Virus record (IMG/VR): IMGVR_UViG_3300037067_004487
Span: 697-64,696 of that record
Reading direction: 5' to 3' (one strand)
Origin: a virus
Lineage: Duplodnaviria; Caudoviricetes
DNA length: 64,000 nucleotides
In this document: positions 18,129-27,075 of the stretch, piece by piece
Position numbering within the stretch: position 1 is the stretch's first letter
How the letters are laid out: each line of letters begins with the position of its first letter
Program-made: the position numbers and the translations under genes
Notes under the pieces: generated by a model
What the model saw: the letters and a program-made list of their open reading frames with translations, nothing else
Told to the model about the DNA's origin: nothing
Database searches by the model: none

Positions 18129-19118
18129 ATGTCTGCCTTGGAGGACATGACCCCAGCAGAAATGCTGGACGCCGCGATGGACGGCAGCTTGACGCTGGAC
18201 GGCGACGAGCAAGAGACCATCAACAAGCCGACCGACGACGAGGCGAAACCCGAATCGACGGAGCAGCAACCGCAGGCCACCGACGACAAGAGCGCAGACG
18301 ACGAGCCGGAAGGCGCGCCGATTGCCAGCAAGTCGGGCGCCTACACGATCCCCTACGACAAGCTGGTGCAAGCCCGTGAGAAGGCGCACACGCTGGAGGC
18401 CGAGAACGCGGCCCTGAAGGCGCAGCTTGAGGAGCTGAATGCCAAGCAGCAGCAGAACCTGGCGCAGGCGCAAGCCAACGCGCAGGACAGGGCTGATGCC
18501 GGGCAGCAGGCCACACAGGCCGACGCCAATTTGGCGCAGGCCGAGGCGGCTATCAGCCAGGGTGCGGATGTTTCGGTTTTCGGTGACTTCTCCGAGGAAG
18601 CGATTGCGAAGGGCATCGCAACACTGCAAGCGCGTGAACGTGAGGCGATCCGGGCCGAACTGAAAACCGAGCTGAAGGCCGAGATTGAGAAGGAGCTTGC
18701 TCCCATCCGTCAATCCCGGCAGCAGCAGGCGGTGGACGCCCACTACGGCGCGATTTACGCGAAACACCCCGACGCGGATGAGCTGGCGCAGAGCGAGCAG
18801 TTCACGAAGTGGCAGCAGAGCTTGCCGACTTTCATGCGCGACGGGATCAACAAGGCCCTGACCGAGGGGACGACCGAGCAGGTGATCGAGGTCTTCGACA
18901 CCTTCAAGGCCCAGGCAGGAATCAAGCAACCCCAACCGGCCAAGGCAAGCATGGATGTGCAGCGCCATGTGCCCACCTCGCTTTCGGAGATCGCGGGAGA
19001 GCCGCACCGTGATTTGGTGCAGCAAACGCTGGAGACGGCTGACAACCCGTCCGCGCTCATGGACGCCATGCAGAGCATGACGCCGGAGCAACTGGAGCGG
19101 GTTTTGAGCGCCGTGTAG
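18129..19118 (+). CDS. Capsid scaffolding protein
   Basis: Acidic coiled coil (YTIPYDKLVQAREK, IYAKHPDADEL) between portal and MCP. Confidence 0.8.
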   Translation: MSALEDMTPAEMLDAAMDGSLTLDGDEQETINKPTDDEAKPESTEQQPQATDDKSADDEPEGAPIASKSGAYTIPYDKLVQAREKAHTLEAENAALKAQLEELNAKQQQNLAQAQANAQDRADAGQQATQADANLAQAEAAISQGADVSVFGDFSEEAIAKGIATLQAREREAIRAELKTELKAEIEKELAPIRQSRQQQAVDAHYGAIYAKHPDADELAQSEQFTKWQQSLPTFMRDGINKALTEGTTEQVIEVFDTFKAQAGIKQPQPAKASMDVQRHVPTSLSEIAGEPHRDLVQQTLETADNPSALMDAMQSMTPEQLERVLSAV

Positions 19119-19183
19119 CCAGCTTCCCCAACTGGGCCACCTCGTGATGAGGCAGCTCGCTTATCCCACAGAAGGAGGTCTCA

Positions 19184-20509
19184 ATGACCACGAAATCCAC
19201 GGTGGCCGCAGGTGATCCTAAGGCCATGTTTGTTCAAGCTGCCGGGCTGTTTGCTCAGTCCATGCAGCGCAATTCCACGCTGGGCCGCCTGTCTGGCCCC
19301 ATGCCCAAGGGCGAGGCCGCAGCTGCGGACGTCGTTCGCAAGCAGACCGCCACGGACATGCCCATCGTCAAGTCGGTGGACTTGTCGCGCGGCAAGGGCG
19401 ACGAGGTGGAGTTCCACTTCCTGCAGCCTGTCGGGGCTTACCCGATCATGGGCAGCCGCCACGCCGAGGGCAAGGGCACCGGCCTGAGCTATGACAAGGC
19501 CCGTGTGCGCGTCAATCAGGCGCGCTTCCCGGTTGACCTGGGCGACACCATGACGAGCTTGCGCTCGGCCGTGGACTATCGCCGTCTGGGCCGTCCGGTG
19601 GCGCAGAGTCTGATGGACAGCTACCTTGACCAGTCGCTGCTGGTGCACATGGCTGGCGCGCGGGGCTATCAGGACAACATCGAGTGGCGCATTCCTGTGG
19701 CCAACCACGCGGACTTTGCCGATATGGCCGTGAACGCCGTGAAGGCGCCGACCCGCAACCGCCACTATGTGGCGCAGGGCGGCACGGGCAGCACGTTCGC
19801 GGACAGCCTCAAGCCGTTCTTCAGCGTGGCCGCCAGCGGCTCGGAAATGACTTCGTTCCTGTCCACCGACCAGTTGACCATGGACGTGGTTGACGCGGTG
19901 CGCACGCTGATCGAGTCGATCACCCTGCCGCCGCCCGCCGTGAAGATTCCCGGTGACGTGGTGGCCGAGGATTCGCCGCTGCGCGTGCTGCTGGTCTCCC
20001 CGGCTCAGTACCACGTCTTCGCGCAGGACAAGAACTTCCGGCAGTTCCAGGCCAATGCGATGGCGCGCGCCAGCAAGGCGAAGAACCACCCGCTGTTCCT
20101 GGGCGAGTGCGGTCTGTGGAACGGCATCCTCTTGATGAAGATGCCCAAGCCGATCCGCTTCTACGCGGGCGACGAGATCAGCTACTGCGGCGCCTACGAC
20201 AGCGAGACCGAGCTGAAGACCAAGGTGCCCGCAGCGTTCAGCACCACCCATGCGGTGGATCGCGCGATTTTGCTGGGCGGCCAGGCCATTGCCCAAGCGT
20301 TCGCGGCCAGCGGTCACGGCGGCATGCCCTTCTTCTGGAAGGAGAAGGACTTCGACCACGGCGACAAGATGGAGCTGCTGATCGGCGCCATCCAGGGCAT
20401 TTCCAAGGTGCGCTGGAATGTGGATCAGGGCGACGGCACGAAGCAGTACACCGACCACGGTGTGATTGCCATCGATACCGCCGTGCCGATCATCAGCGAA
20501 CGCGGCTGA
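19184..20509 (+). CDS. Major capsid protein (DUF4043 / N4 gp56-like)
   Basis: DLSRGKGDEVEFHFL..PIMG..AEGKG; RAILLGGQAIAQAF; DHGVIAIDT; AAGGAGG SD. Confidence 0.9.
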   Translation: MTTKSTVAAGDPKAMFVQAAGLFAQSMQRNSTLGRLSGPMPKGEAAAADVVRKQTATDMPIVKSVDLSRGKGDEVEFHFLQPVGAYPIMGSRHAEGKGTGLSYDKARVRVNQARFPVDLGDTMTSLRSAVDYRRLGRPVAQSLMDSYLDQSLLVHMAGARGYQDNIEWRIPVANHADFADMAVNAVKAPTRNRHYVAQGGTGSTFADSLKPFFSVAASGSEMTSFLSTDQLTMDVVDAVRTLIESITLPPPAVKIPGDVVAEDSPLRVLLVSPAQYHVFAQDKNFRQFQANAMARASKAKNHPLFLGECGLWNGILLMKMPKPIRFYAGDEISYCGAYDSETELKTKVPAAFSTTHAVDRAILLGGQAIAQAFAASGHGGMPFFWKEKDFDHGDKMELLIGAIQGISKVRWNVDQGDGTKQYTDHGVIAIDTAVPIISERG

Positions 20510-20565
20510 TCCATGAGGGGCCTCGCGCCCCTCTTTGTCAATACCGATTCTCATAGGAGGCCATC

Positions 20566-21051
20566 ATGGCAACCATCACCAAGAAACTGACCAAGAATGC
20601 GAGCAACCGCCTGGGCGCAGCGCCCTGGGGCAACATGGCCGCGTTCACCTACAAGCTGGAGACCAACAGCTCCGGCGCCGTGATCGGCTCGGATGCCGCT
20701 CAGGGTTCTTCCACACCTGCCGGCACCGTGATCCGCGTGGGCATCCTGCCTGCCGGGTTTAAGTTGGTTGATTTTAAGGCCACCGTCGGCACCGCGATGA
20801 CCACGACCATCACCGCCGACGTGGGCTTTGCCTACGTGGACGGCGTGGACGATTCCAGCGTGCCGCAGGACGCGGACTACTTCGTCGCGGCGGGTGCGAC
20901 CACCGTCGGCGTGCTGCGCCAGGCCACGACCGTCCCGCAGGTGACCCTGCCCAAGGACGCATGGCTGACCGTGACCACCGCCGTGGCTGCCAACGCCAAG
21001 GCATCGAGCATCGAGCTGATCGTCCTCGCAGTCGCCGAAGGCGTGAAGTAA
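20566..21051 (+). CDS. Capsid decoration/cement protein (putative)
   Basis: Beta-rich and Ala/Thr/Gly-rich; directly after MCP; AGGAGG SD. Confidence 0.55.
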   Translation: MATITKKLTKNASNRLGAAPWGNMAAFTYKLETNSSGAVIGSDAAQGSSTPAGTVIRVGILPAGFKLVDFKATVGTAMTTTITADVGFAYVDGVDDSSVPQDADYFVAAGATTVGVLRQATTVPQVTLPKDAWLTVTTAVAANAKASSIELIVLAVAEGVK

Positions 21052-21091
21052 TCCAGGCGCCGGGCGGACGCCCGGCCATCAGGAGTGAGCA

Positions 21092-21478
21092 ATGGAACTT
21101 GTCACTGTCAAATTCTCCGGCTCGCGGGCCTACCGAGATCGCACGGCCTATGCCAATGTCTGGCAGCCGGGCGATGTGAAGGCCATCCCACAGGACGCGG
21201 CGCAGCAGCTCAAGCGCTTCGCCGAGTTCGAGGTGGTGGGGCAAAAGCCTACGAAGGAGCAGGAGGCCGAGGCCGCCCTGTCACAGAAGGCGGTGACCCA
21301 GAAGCAGGAGGACGAGCACAACGAAACCGAGGGCATGTTGCTGGCGGTGCAGTCGTGGGACAAGAACCAGCTCGAAGCCTACGCGCGCAAGTACGACACG
21401 GAGCTGGACAAGCGCCGCTCCGTGTCGAGCCTGCGCCTTGACGTGGCCAACCTGGTGGAGCGCTTCGGCGTGCGCTGA
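21092..21478 (+). CDS. Hypothetical virion-assembly protein
   Basis: SD; TGATG coupling to the next gene. Confidence 0.6.
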   Translation: MELVTVKFSGSRAYRDRTAYANVWQPGDVKAIPQDAAQQLKRFAEFEVVGQKPTKEQEAEAALSQKAVTQKQEDEHNETEGMLLAVQSWDKNQLEAYARKYDTELDKRRSVSSLRLDVANLVERFGVR

Positions 21479-22143
21479 TGACGCTGGAAGACCTCATTGG
21501 GCGCTTCCGCGTTCTGGCCAACGACCGGCAGGAGCCGTTCTTCTGGACGAACGAGGAAATCGCGGGCTGGCTTTCGGACGCGCAGGCGCAAGCCTGCATC
21601 CGGGGCCGACTGCTGCGCGAGGATGCGAACCCGCTTGTGTGTCTGATCACGCTCGCGCCGGGCCAGCATACCTATCTGCTGCACAAGGCGGTCTATGAGT
21701 TGATCGACGTGCGCTATGTGCCGCTGACGGGAAGGCCGCGCGCGCTTTGCCGTGTGACGCGCGAGTGGCTGGACAACGAGCAGCCTGATTGGCGCGAGGA
21801 CGAATACGAGCCCCGCTACGTGATTCAGGATGAACGATCCATTCGCGTGGTGGGCAAGATCAATACGGGCGACGCGATCCGCATCGAGTGCTACCGGCTG
21901 CCGATGAAGGCGCTGGAGAGCGACGCGGACAAGCCCGAGATTCACGAGGCGCACCACGTACACCTGATCCAGTGGGCGCTGAAGGTGGCTTTCTCCGTGG
22001 TGGATGCAGATGCGTTTGATCCGCAACGCTCGGAGAAGGCGGAGGCTGAATTCACTCGGTACTTCGGGCCGCTGCCCGATGCCGATCTGCGGCGCGAGAC
22101 GCGCTGGGACGCGCCGCACCACAACATGGCGGTGCTGCCATGA
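21478..22143 (+). CDS. Head-tail adaptor protein
   Basis: FRVLANDRQEPFFWTNEEIAGWLSDAQ..KPEIHEAHHVHLIQWAL. Confidence 0.75.
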   Translation: MTLEDLIGRFRVLANDRQEPFFWTNEEIAGWLSDAQAQACIRGRLLREDANPLVCLITLAPGQHTYLLHKAVYELIDVRYVPLTGRPRALCRVTREWLDNEQPDWREDEYEPRYVIQDERSIRVVGKINTGDAIRIECYRLPMKALESDADKPEIHEAHHVHLIQWALKVAFSVVDADAFDPQRSEKAEAEFTRYFGPLPDADLRRETRWDAPHHNMAVLP

Positions 22144-23102
22144 CCGCACCAGCCACTCAGCGCATCGGCCCCTTCCCCATCGGGATGGACAACCGCGCGC
22201 CCGATTACGAACTGCGCCTGCCAGAAGGTGCGGGCCATCTACTGCGCGACGCGCTGAACGTGGACACGACGGGCAAGGGTTCGCTCAAGACGCGCCCCGG
22301 GTTCACACGATCCGTCATCGGCGCGGACTGCCATTCGCTCTGGTCTGACCCAGGCATCCCCTTCGCCCTGTACGTAGATGCGGGCGTGCTCAAGCGCCTG
22401 AACCCGGACGGCACGACGAGCGTGGTGCGCGCGAACATCGGCCTGGCCACGCGGGTGCGGTACGCGCGGGTTCACGAGGCGGTGTTCTACACGGATGGGA
22501 TCGTCGTGGGGTCGTATCACCCAATGAGCGGCCCGACACCGGCGTGGCTCGATGCACAAGCCGCGACCGTGGGCGACCAGGCGCTGGTTCCCATGCCCGC
22601 AGGCCAGCAGATCGCGCACCACGGCGGGCGCCTGCTGGTGGCCGTGGGCTCGTCGCTGATCTACAGCGAACCGTTCCAGCCGACGCTCAGGGACGAGGCC
22701 AAGGGCTTCGAGTTGTTCCCGGCGCCGATCACCTGCCTGGCGGCGGTGGAAGCGGGCGTGTTCGTGGTGGCCGATCAAACCTACTTCATCGCCGGCGGCC
22801 TGCCGGCCGAGAACGTGCAGGCGGTGCTTGAGTACGGCGCGCCGGATCAGCAGGCGGTGCGCCGCGACGACGGCGGGGTGCAGTGGATGGGCACGCAGGG
22901 CGTGGTGTCCGTGAACCGGGCGGGCGAGATCAGCAACCTGCAGGACGCGCACATCGCGCAAATCGCCACGGGATCGGCGGCGACGCTGTACCGGGAGGCG
23001 GACGGCATGAAAACCATCATCGCGGCGCTTTCGCAGGAAAGCGACATGGGCGCGGGCATCGGCTCCTTCGCGCAGGCACGAGTTGTGAGAAAGGCTTACT
23101 GA
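22140..23102 (+). CDS. Tail tubular/stabilisation protein (putative)
   Basis: LLRDALNVDTTGKGSLKTRPG; beta-rich; follows the adaptor. Confidence 0.55.
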   Translation: MTAPATQRIGPFPIGMDNRAPDYELRLPEGAGHLLRDALNVDTTGKGSLKTRPGFTRSVIGADCHSLWSDPGIPFALYVDAGVLKRLNPDGTTSVVRANIGLATRVRYARVHEAVFYTDGIVVGSYHPMSGPTPAWLDAQAATVGDQALVPMPAGQQIAHHGGRLLVAVGSSLIYSEPFQPTLRDEAKGFELFPAPITCLAAVEAGVFVVADQTYFIAGGLPAENVQAVLEYGAPDQQAVRRDDGGVQWMGTQGVVSVNRAGEISNLQDAHIAQIATGSAATLYREADGMKTIIAALSQESDMGAGIGSFAQARVVRKAY

Positions 23103-23103
23103 C

Positions 23104-23607
23104 ATGACATCCATCATTCGACCCGGCTTCGAGTACACGCTGAACGTGCGCAGCAAGCGCACGGGCGAGGTTCTGGCGCGCGAGCACGCCTTCAATCGCG
23201 TCCCCATCGAGGGGCTCAACGACATCGCCGAGACCTACCTGAAGGGCGGCACGGCGCCGGCGGCGCTGTACGTCGGCGCGTGGACGGGTTCGCACGTCCC
23301 GGACGGCAACGAGACCGCGGCCAGCCTGCTCGGCATCGTGACCGAAGTCACGAACTACGTGCAGGCCGGGCGGCTGGTGCTGACGCTGGGCTCCGTGACC
23401 GGCGGGGCCTGCTCCAACCAGGCATCGCTGGCGCGCTTCGACATGCTGGGCGCGGCGGTCGTGAACGGCATGTTCCTGAGCACCACGCAGGCCAAGGGCA
23501 GCTCGGCCGGGAAGCTGGCCTCGGTCGTTCGCTTCGCCAACCCCCGCACCGTGGACGAGACGGTTTATCTCGAAGTCCTCACGGGTTTTCAGTTCATCTC
23601 TCTGTAA
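23104..23607 (+). CDS. Virion structural protein
   Basis: HAFNRVPIEGLN..VTNYVQAGR; late operon. Confidence 0.6.
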   Translation: MTSIIRPGFEYTLNVRSKRTGEVLAREHAFNRVPIEGLNDIAETYLKGGTAPAALYVGAWTGSHVPDGNETAASLLGIVTEVTNYVQAGRLVLTLGSVTGGACSNQASLARFDMLGAAVVNGMFLSTTQAKGSSAGKLASVVRFANPRTVDETVYLEVLTGFQFISL

Positions 23608-23619
23608 GGAGTTTTCACC

Positions 23620-24069
23620 ATGGCTCTTCTCGCTTCCACGGGGCTGCGCACGCATGTGCTGGGCACCGGATCGCTCAAGACGGCCCTCGCGGCCGGGTTC
23701 CTCCACATCTACTCGTGCGCCATCGCGGACATCCCGGCCTCGGCGGACGCGGCCATCACCGCCTCGCACACCAAGCTGCTGACGTACTACAGCGATGGGG
23801 CGGCGACCGGGCTGAACCTTGGCGTCGCCGCTGACGGCGCCATCGGCAAGGCGGCTGGCGAAACCTGGTCTGGAACAATCCTCGCCACCGGCAATGCCAC
23901 GTTCTTCCGCTTCGTCGGCAGCGCGGACACGGGCGCCGCATCGACCACGGAACCGCGCCTTCAAGGCCGGGTGGGCACGGCAGGCGCCGAGCTGAACATC
24001 GACACCCTGGCGCTGACCGCCGGGCAGACGAAGCAACTCAACTTCGTCAACATCAACCTGCCGTGGTGA
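23620..24069 (+). CDS. Virion structural protein
   Basis: AAGGAG SD; NATFFRFVG..RLQGRVGTAGAELN. Confidence 0.6.
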   Translation: MALLASTGLRTHVLGTGSLKTALAAGFLHIYSCAIADIPASADAAITASHTKLLTYYSDGAATGLNLGVAADGAIGKAAGETWSGTILATGNATFFRFVGSADTGAASTTEPRLQGRVGTAGAELNIDTLALTAGQTKQLNFVNINLPW

Positions 24070-24072
24070 TAG

Positions 24073-24708
24073 ATGCCTGTTTTCTACGGGTATCTTCCAT
24101 TCAAGTCTGCCGGCGGGACAGACGAGTTCGGCGTTTATCACCCGCCATGGGGCGATATTGACGGAGTGCCGCATGAGCTGACCCAAGCGGAATTCTTGGC
24201 TATCGCGGGCGACCTCGCTCTCGATATGGTGCCCATCTACACACTGACCAGTACGAACTACTGGACGATCTCGGCTGGCGGGCCTTTGCCTCCTGCGGAT
24301 CCAGGCAACGTGTCCATATTGCAGTTCGACAGTTACCTCTATGCGTACCTGAATAAAACGTCTGGCAAAGAAGACCTACAAATAGATTTTTCCGGTCGGA
24401 TTGAAGGCACAACCACAACGGTAGAGTCGATACGCGCGTTCATCGTTGAGATCGAAACAGACGTGGCTCCGTACTGGGGGGAATCAGCGTGGTATGAGCG
24501 TCCAAGGGTTCTTCTGTACCCGTATGGAGAGTCTCCGACCGATGCGACATTCCACCTCGTCGTAGAAAACCAAGAATTTTCAGACGGGGTGCACACGGCT
24601 GTGCCTCCACTCAACCTTCAGTCTTTGAAGGTGTACGCGTACCAGGCGCCTATTACGCCGCCAGCAATGTTTTGGGCCAATTTCGTGGGCTCCCATGAAG
24701 TTCCGTGA
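24073..24708 (+). CDS. Tail protein with atypical (lower-GC) codon usage
   Basis: In operon; aromatic-rich; visibly more A/T third positions than its neighbours. Confidence 0.6.
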   Translation: MPVFYGYLPFKSAGGTDEFGVYHPPWGDIDGVPHELTQAEFLAIAGDLALDMVPIYTLTSTNYWTISAGGPLPPADPGNVSILQFDSYLYAYLNKTSGKEDLQIDFSGRIEGTTTTVESIRAFIVEIETDVAPYWGESAWYERPRVLLYPYGESPTDATFHLVVENQEFSDGVHTAVPPLNLQSLKVYAYQAPITPPAMFWANFVGSHEVP

Positions 24709-26729
24709 TGCTCATCTTCGACGACTCCGAAGGCCAATCCGACATCAAGGAGAAGGACACCCTTGATGCGATGCTGGCGGTCGGCTCGGAGTTCATGACG
24801 GACTCCGACGACGAGAGCACGGTGCAGCGATCGGGCGAGTTCGTCAAGATCGAGAAGGAGCCGGGCAGCGAGCCGTTTCCTCGGCACCTGCTGCTGCACG
24901 AAACCTGCGACGTCTTCACCAAGGCCGGCGTTTACCTCGGCGACAACGATTACTTCAACCTGAGCGACGAGAGCCAGCTGGACCGGCGCACGCTCTGGTA
25001 TGTCGCCGGGTTCGACGGCGAGAGCCAGCAGGGTACGGCGTTCAGGGAGAAGCGCGGCCCGGACATGGTGAGGATGCCGCGCTGCGCCGGGCAATCCGAC
25101 CCCTCGGGGGCCAAGGTTCTGTTCGGGCTGTACGAGCGCAGCCACACCGCCATTCACGGCAAGCGGCGGATGTTCGTGCAGGATGACGGCAAGGTGCTGG
25201 TGCTGCGCGACGTGGTGCAGCGCGGCGGCCGGTTCTACTACGGCGCGCAGACGGACTCGTTCACCAGCGTGCGCTCTGCCAGGGTTTCACAGGTCGAACT
25301 GGTGCCCTACGACCCGCAGACCGGGAAAACGGCCGCACCGATCTTCGCGTTTCCCGTGTTCAGCGGGGTGAGTGTGGACGTGACCGAGGGCCTTCCCAAG
25401 CTGCGTTCGAACGTCTCTGTCGATCCGGCGCTGCCGATGTACGACGCGACGCGGATCTACAACATCACCACGGGTGCCCTGGGAGGGATGGATTTCGACT
25501 TCCAGGTCTCCAACAGCACGCCCTACGGTGGCGACCCAGGCGCGGTGCACGACGTGTGCCCGCCCGCCATGGCAAAAACCGCCGACGGCAAGCTGTACCA
25601 GTCGATCATCGCGGTCTACGCGGGCGACGACGACGTGCGGGCGCCGGCGAGCGCCGGGGCGTACCGGCTGACCTGCAAGTACACCACGTTGGACGCCGGC
25701 GCCAAGACGACGAAGATCGTGATTCCCGACCCGTCTTGGATCGGCACCTACCCTGGGTATTACTACGCCGTGTCCCAGGTGGAGCTGGTACGCACGGCGC
25801 CGACCAAGGCGTTTCTGTATGTGCGGGCTCACGTCATGCAGGGCGGCGCGAAATCGACCTATGTCAGCGCGACCGACCAGGCGGTGCTGTACTACTGCAC
25901 GGCGGACGCCGGGGCGACATGGACCCTGCTGCCGACGCTGGTCGGCATGGTTCCAACCCTCGGCGGAATGCTCGCGCGCGACGAGGACACGCTGCTGACA
26001 TTCGAGACCATGCCGGACTACCCGACCGCGGCCTTGAACGTGCGGGCCATCACGCCCAGCAGCATCAGCGTGATCGGCTCCATTCCCCTGTCGGCCTTCT
26101 ACGACGATCTGTTCGATCCGGGATTCGTCCGTGTTCCCTACCTCGCCTTCGGCTTCGGTGGCGTGACCTACATCCGCAAGAATGACCAGACGATCAAGCG
26201 CCTGTGGATGCAATTTGACCCGCGCTGGTACTACGAGGATGGGTCTGCATTCAACCTCACCTACCCGGCGTCTCGCCCCCTGCTGATGGTGTCCGACGAT
26301 GGCGGGAAGACGTGGGCGCGCAGGTTCCTCCCGACGCCGTGGGCGTTTCTGGCCGGTTTCGTGGTGAGCACAGGCCCGGGCGAGCTGGCCGTGCCGGTGC
26401 AGTCGCCCAGGGTGGAAGGTGCAAAGAATCTGACCGTCACGATCTACCGGTCGCGCAACGGCGGGGACACGTGGACGGCCGACGCGAACGCACAGGCGCG
26501 GCTGACGGCGCGCACGCGCATCGACGGTGGGGTCGTGATCGGCCGGCGGATCGGCTCGGGCCACCAGGAGCGCTACGAGCAGGACCTCTCGGACTGCTGG
26601 CTCGAATACAACCGCGGCGAGCTCGCTCCGATGCTGACGCTGCGCGACGAGCAGGGCCGTTTTCTCAACTCCGATCCAGCGCGCCCGTGGGTGGTGGATG
26701 CGAGAAAGGACAAGCCGATCTATGGCTAA
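24705..26729 (+). CDS. Asp-box (BNR) beta-propeller tail protein
   Basis: CTADAGATW, VSDDGGKTW, RSRNGGDTW. Confidence 0.7.
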   Translation: MMLIFDDSEGQSDIKEKDTLDAMLAVGSEFMTDSDDESTVQRSGEFVKIEKEPGSEPFPRHLLLHETCDVFTKAGVYLGDNDYFNLSDESQLDRRTLWYVAGFDGESQQGTAFREKRGPDMVRMPRCAGQSDPSGAKVLFGLYERSHTAIHGKRRMFVQDDGKVLVLRDVVQRGGRFYYGAQTDSFTSVRSARVSQVELVPYDPQTGKTAAPIFAFPVFSGVSVDVTEGLPKLRSNVSVDPALPMYDATRIYNITTGALGGMDFDFQVSNSTPYGGDPGAVHDVCPPAMAKTADGKLYQSIIAVYAGDDDVRAPASAGAYRLTCKYTTLDAGAKTTKIVIPDPSWIGTYPGYYYAVSQVELVRTAPTKAFLYVRAHVMQGGAKSTYVSATDQAVLYYCTADAGATWTLLPTLVGMVPTLGGMLARDEDTLLTFETMPDYPTAALNVRAITPSSISVIGSIPLSAFYDDLFDPGFVRVPYLAFGFGGVTYIRKNDQTIKRLWMQFDPRWYYEDGSAFNLTYPASRPLLMVSDDGGKTWARRFLPTPWAFLAGFVVSTGPGELAVPVQSPRVEGAKNLTVTIYRSRNGGDTWTADANAQARLTARTRIDGGVVIGRRIGSGHQERYEQDLSDCWLEYNRGELAPMLTLRDEQGRFLNSDPARPWVVDARKDKPIYG

Positions 26730-27072
26730 TTCGCTGATCAAGAACATGCCGTCTGCGTCGGACAGCACCGCATCGGGCGGCACCTCTGGCGGTTCCGGGG
26801 GCTCGGGAGGCTCTTCTGGCGGCGGCGTGCCTACCCAGTCTGCCACGTGCGACGCGAGCTTCATGGCCACGCTGATCACCATGGCTGGCGGCGCTTCCAA
26901 TGTCGGCCGCATCTCGCTTGGCGACGGCTACGACTGGTACACCATCCCGGTGCAGACGGGTGGCCTCGGAAATGACCGTATCGCGGTGCGCAACGGCGGC
27001 TGCGTCAACGGGTATGTGAACCTGATTTACGCGCCGGCCACGCCCTACAACTACGCCGTCATGGTGGGGTGA
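26722..27072 (+). CDS. Gly/Ser-rich small virion protein
   Basis: Overlaps the upstream stop; GGTSGGSGGSGGSSGGG linker. Confidence 0.55.
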   Translation: MANSLIKNMPSASDSTASGGTSGGSGGSGGSSGGGVPTQSATCDASFMATLITMAGGASNVGRISLGDGYDWYTIPVQTGGLGNDRIAVRNGGCVNGYVNLIYAPATPYNYAVMVG

Positions 27073-27075
27073 CAC

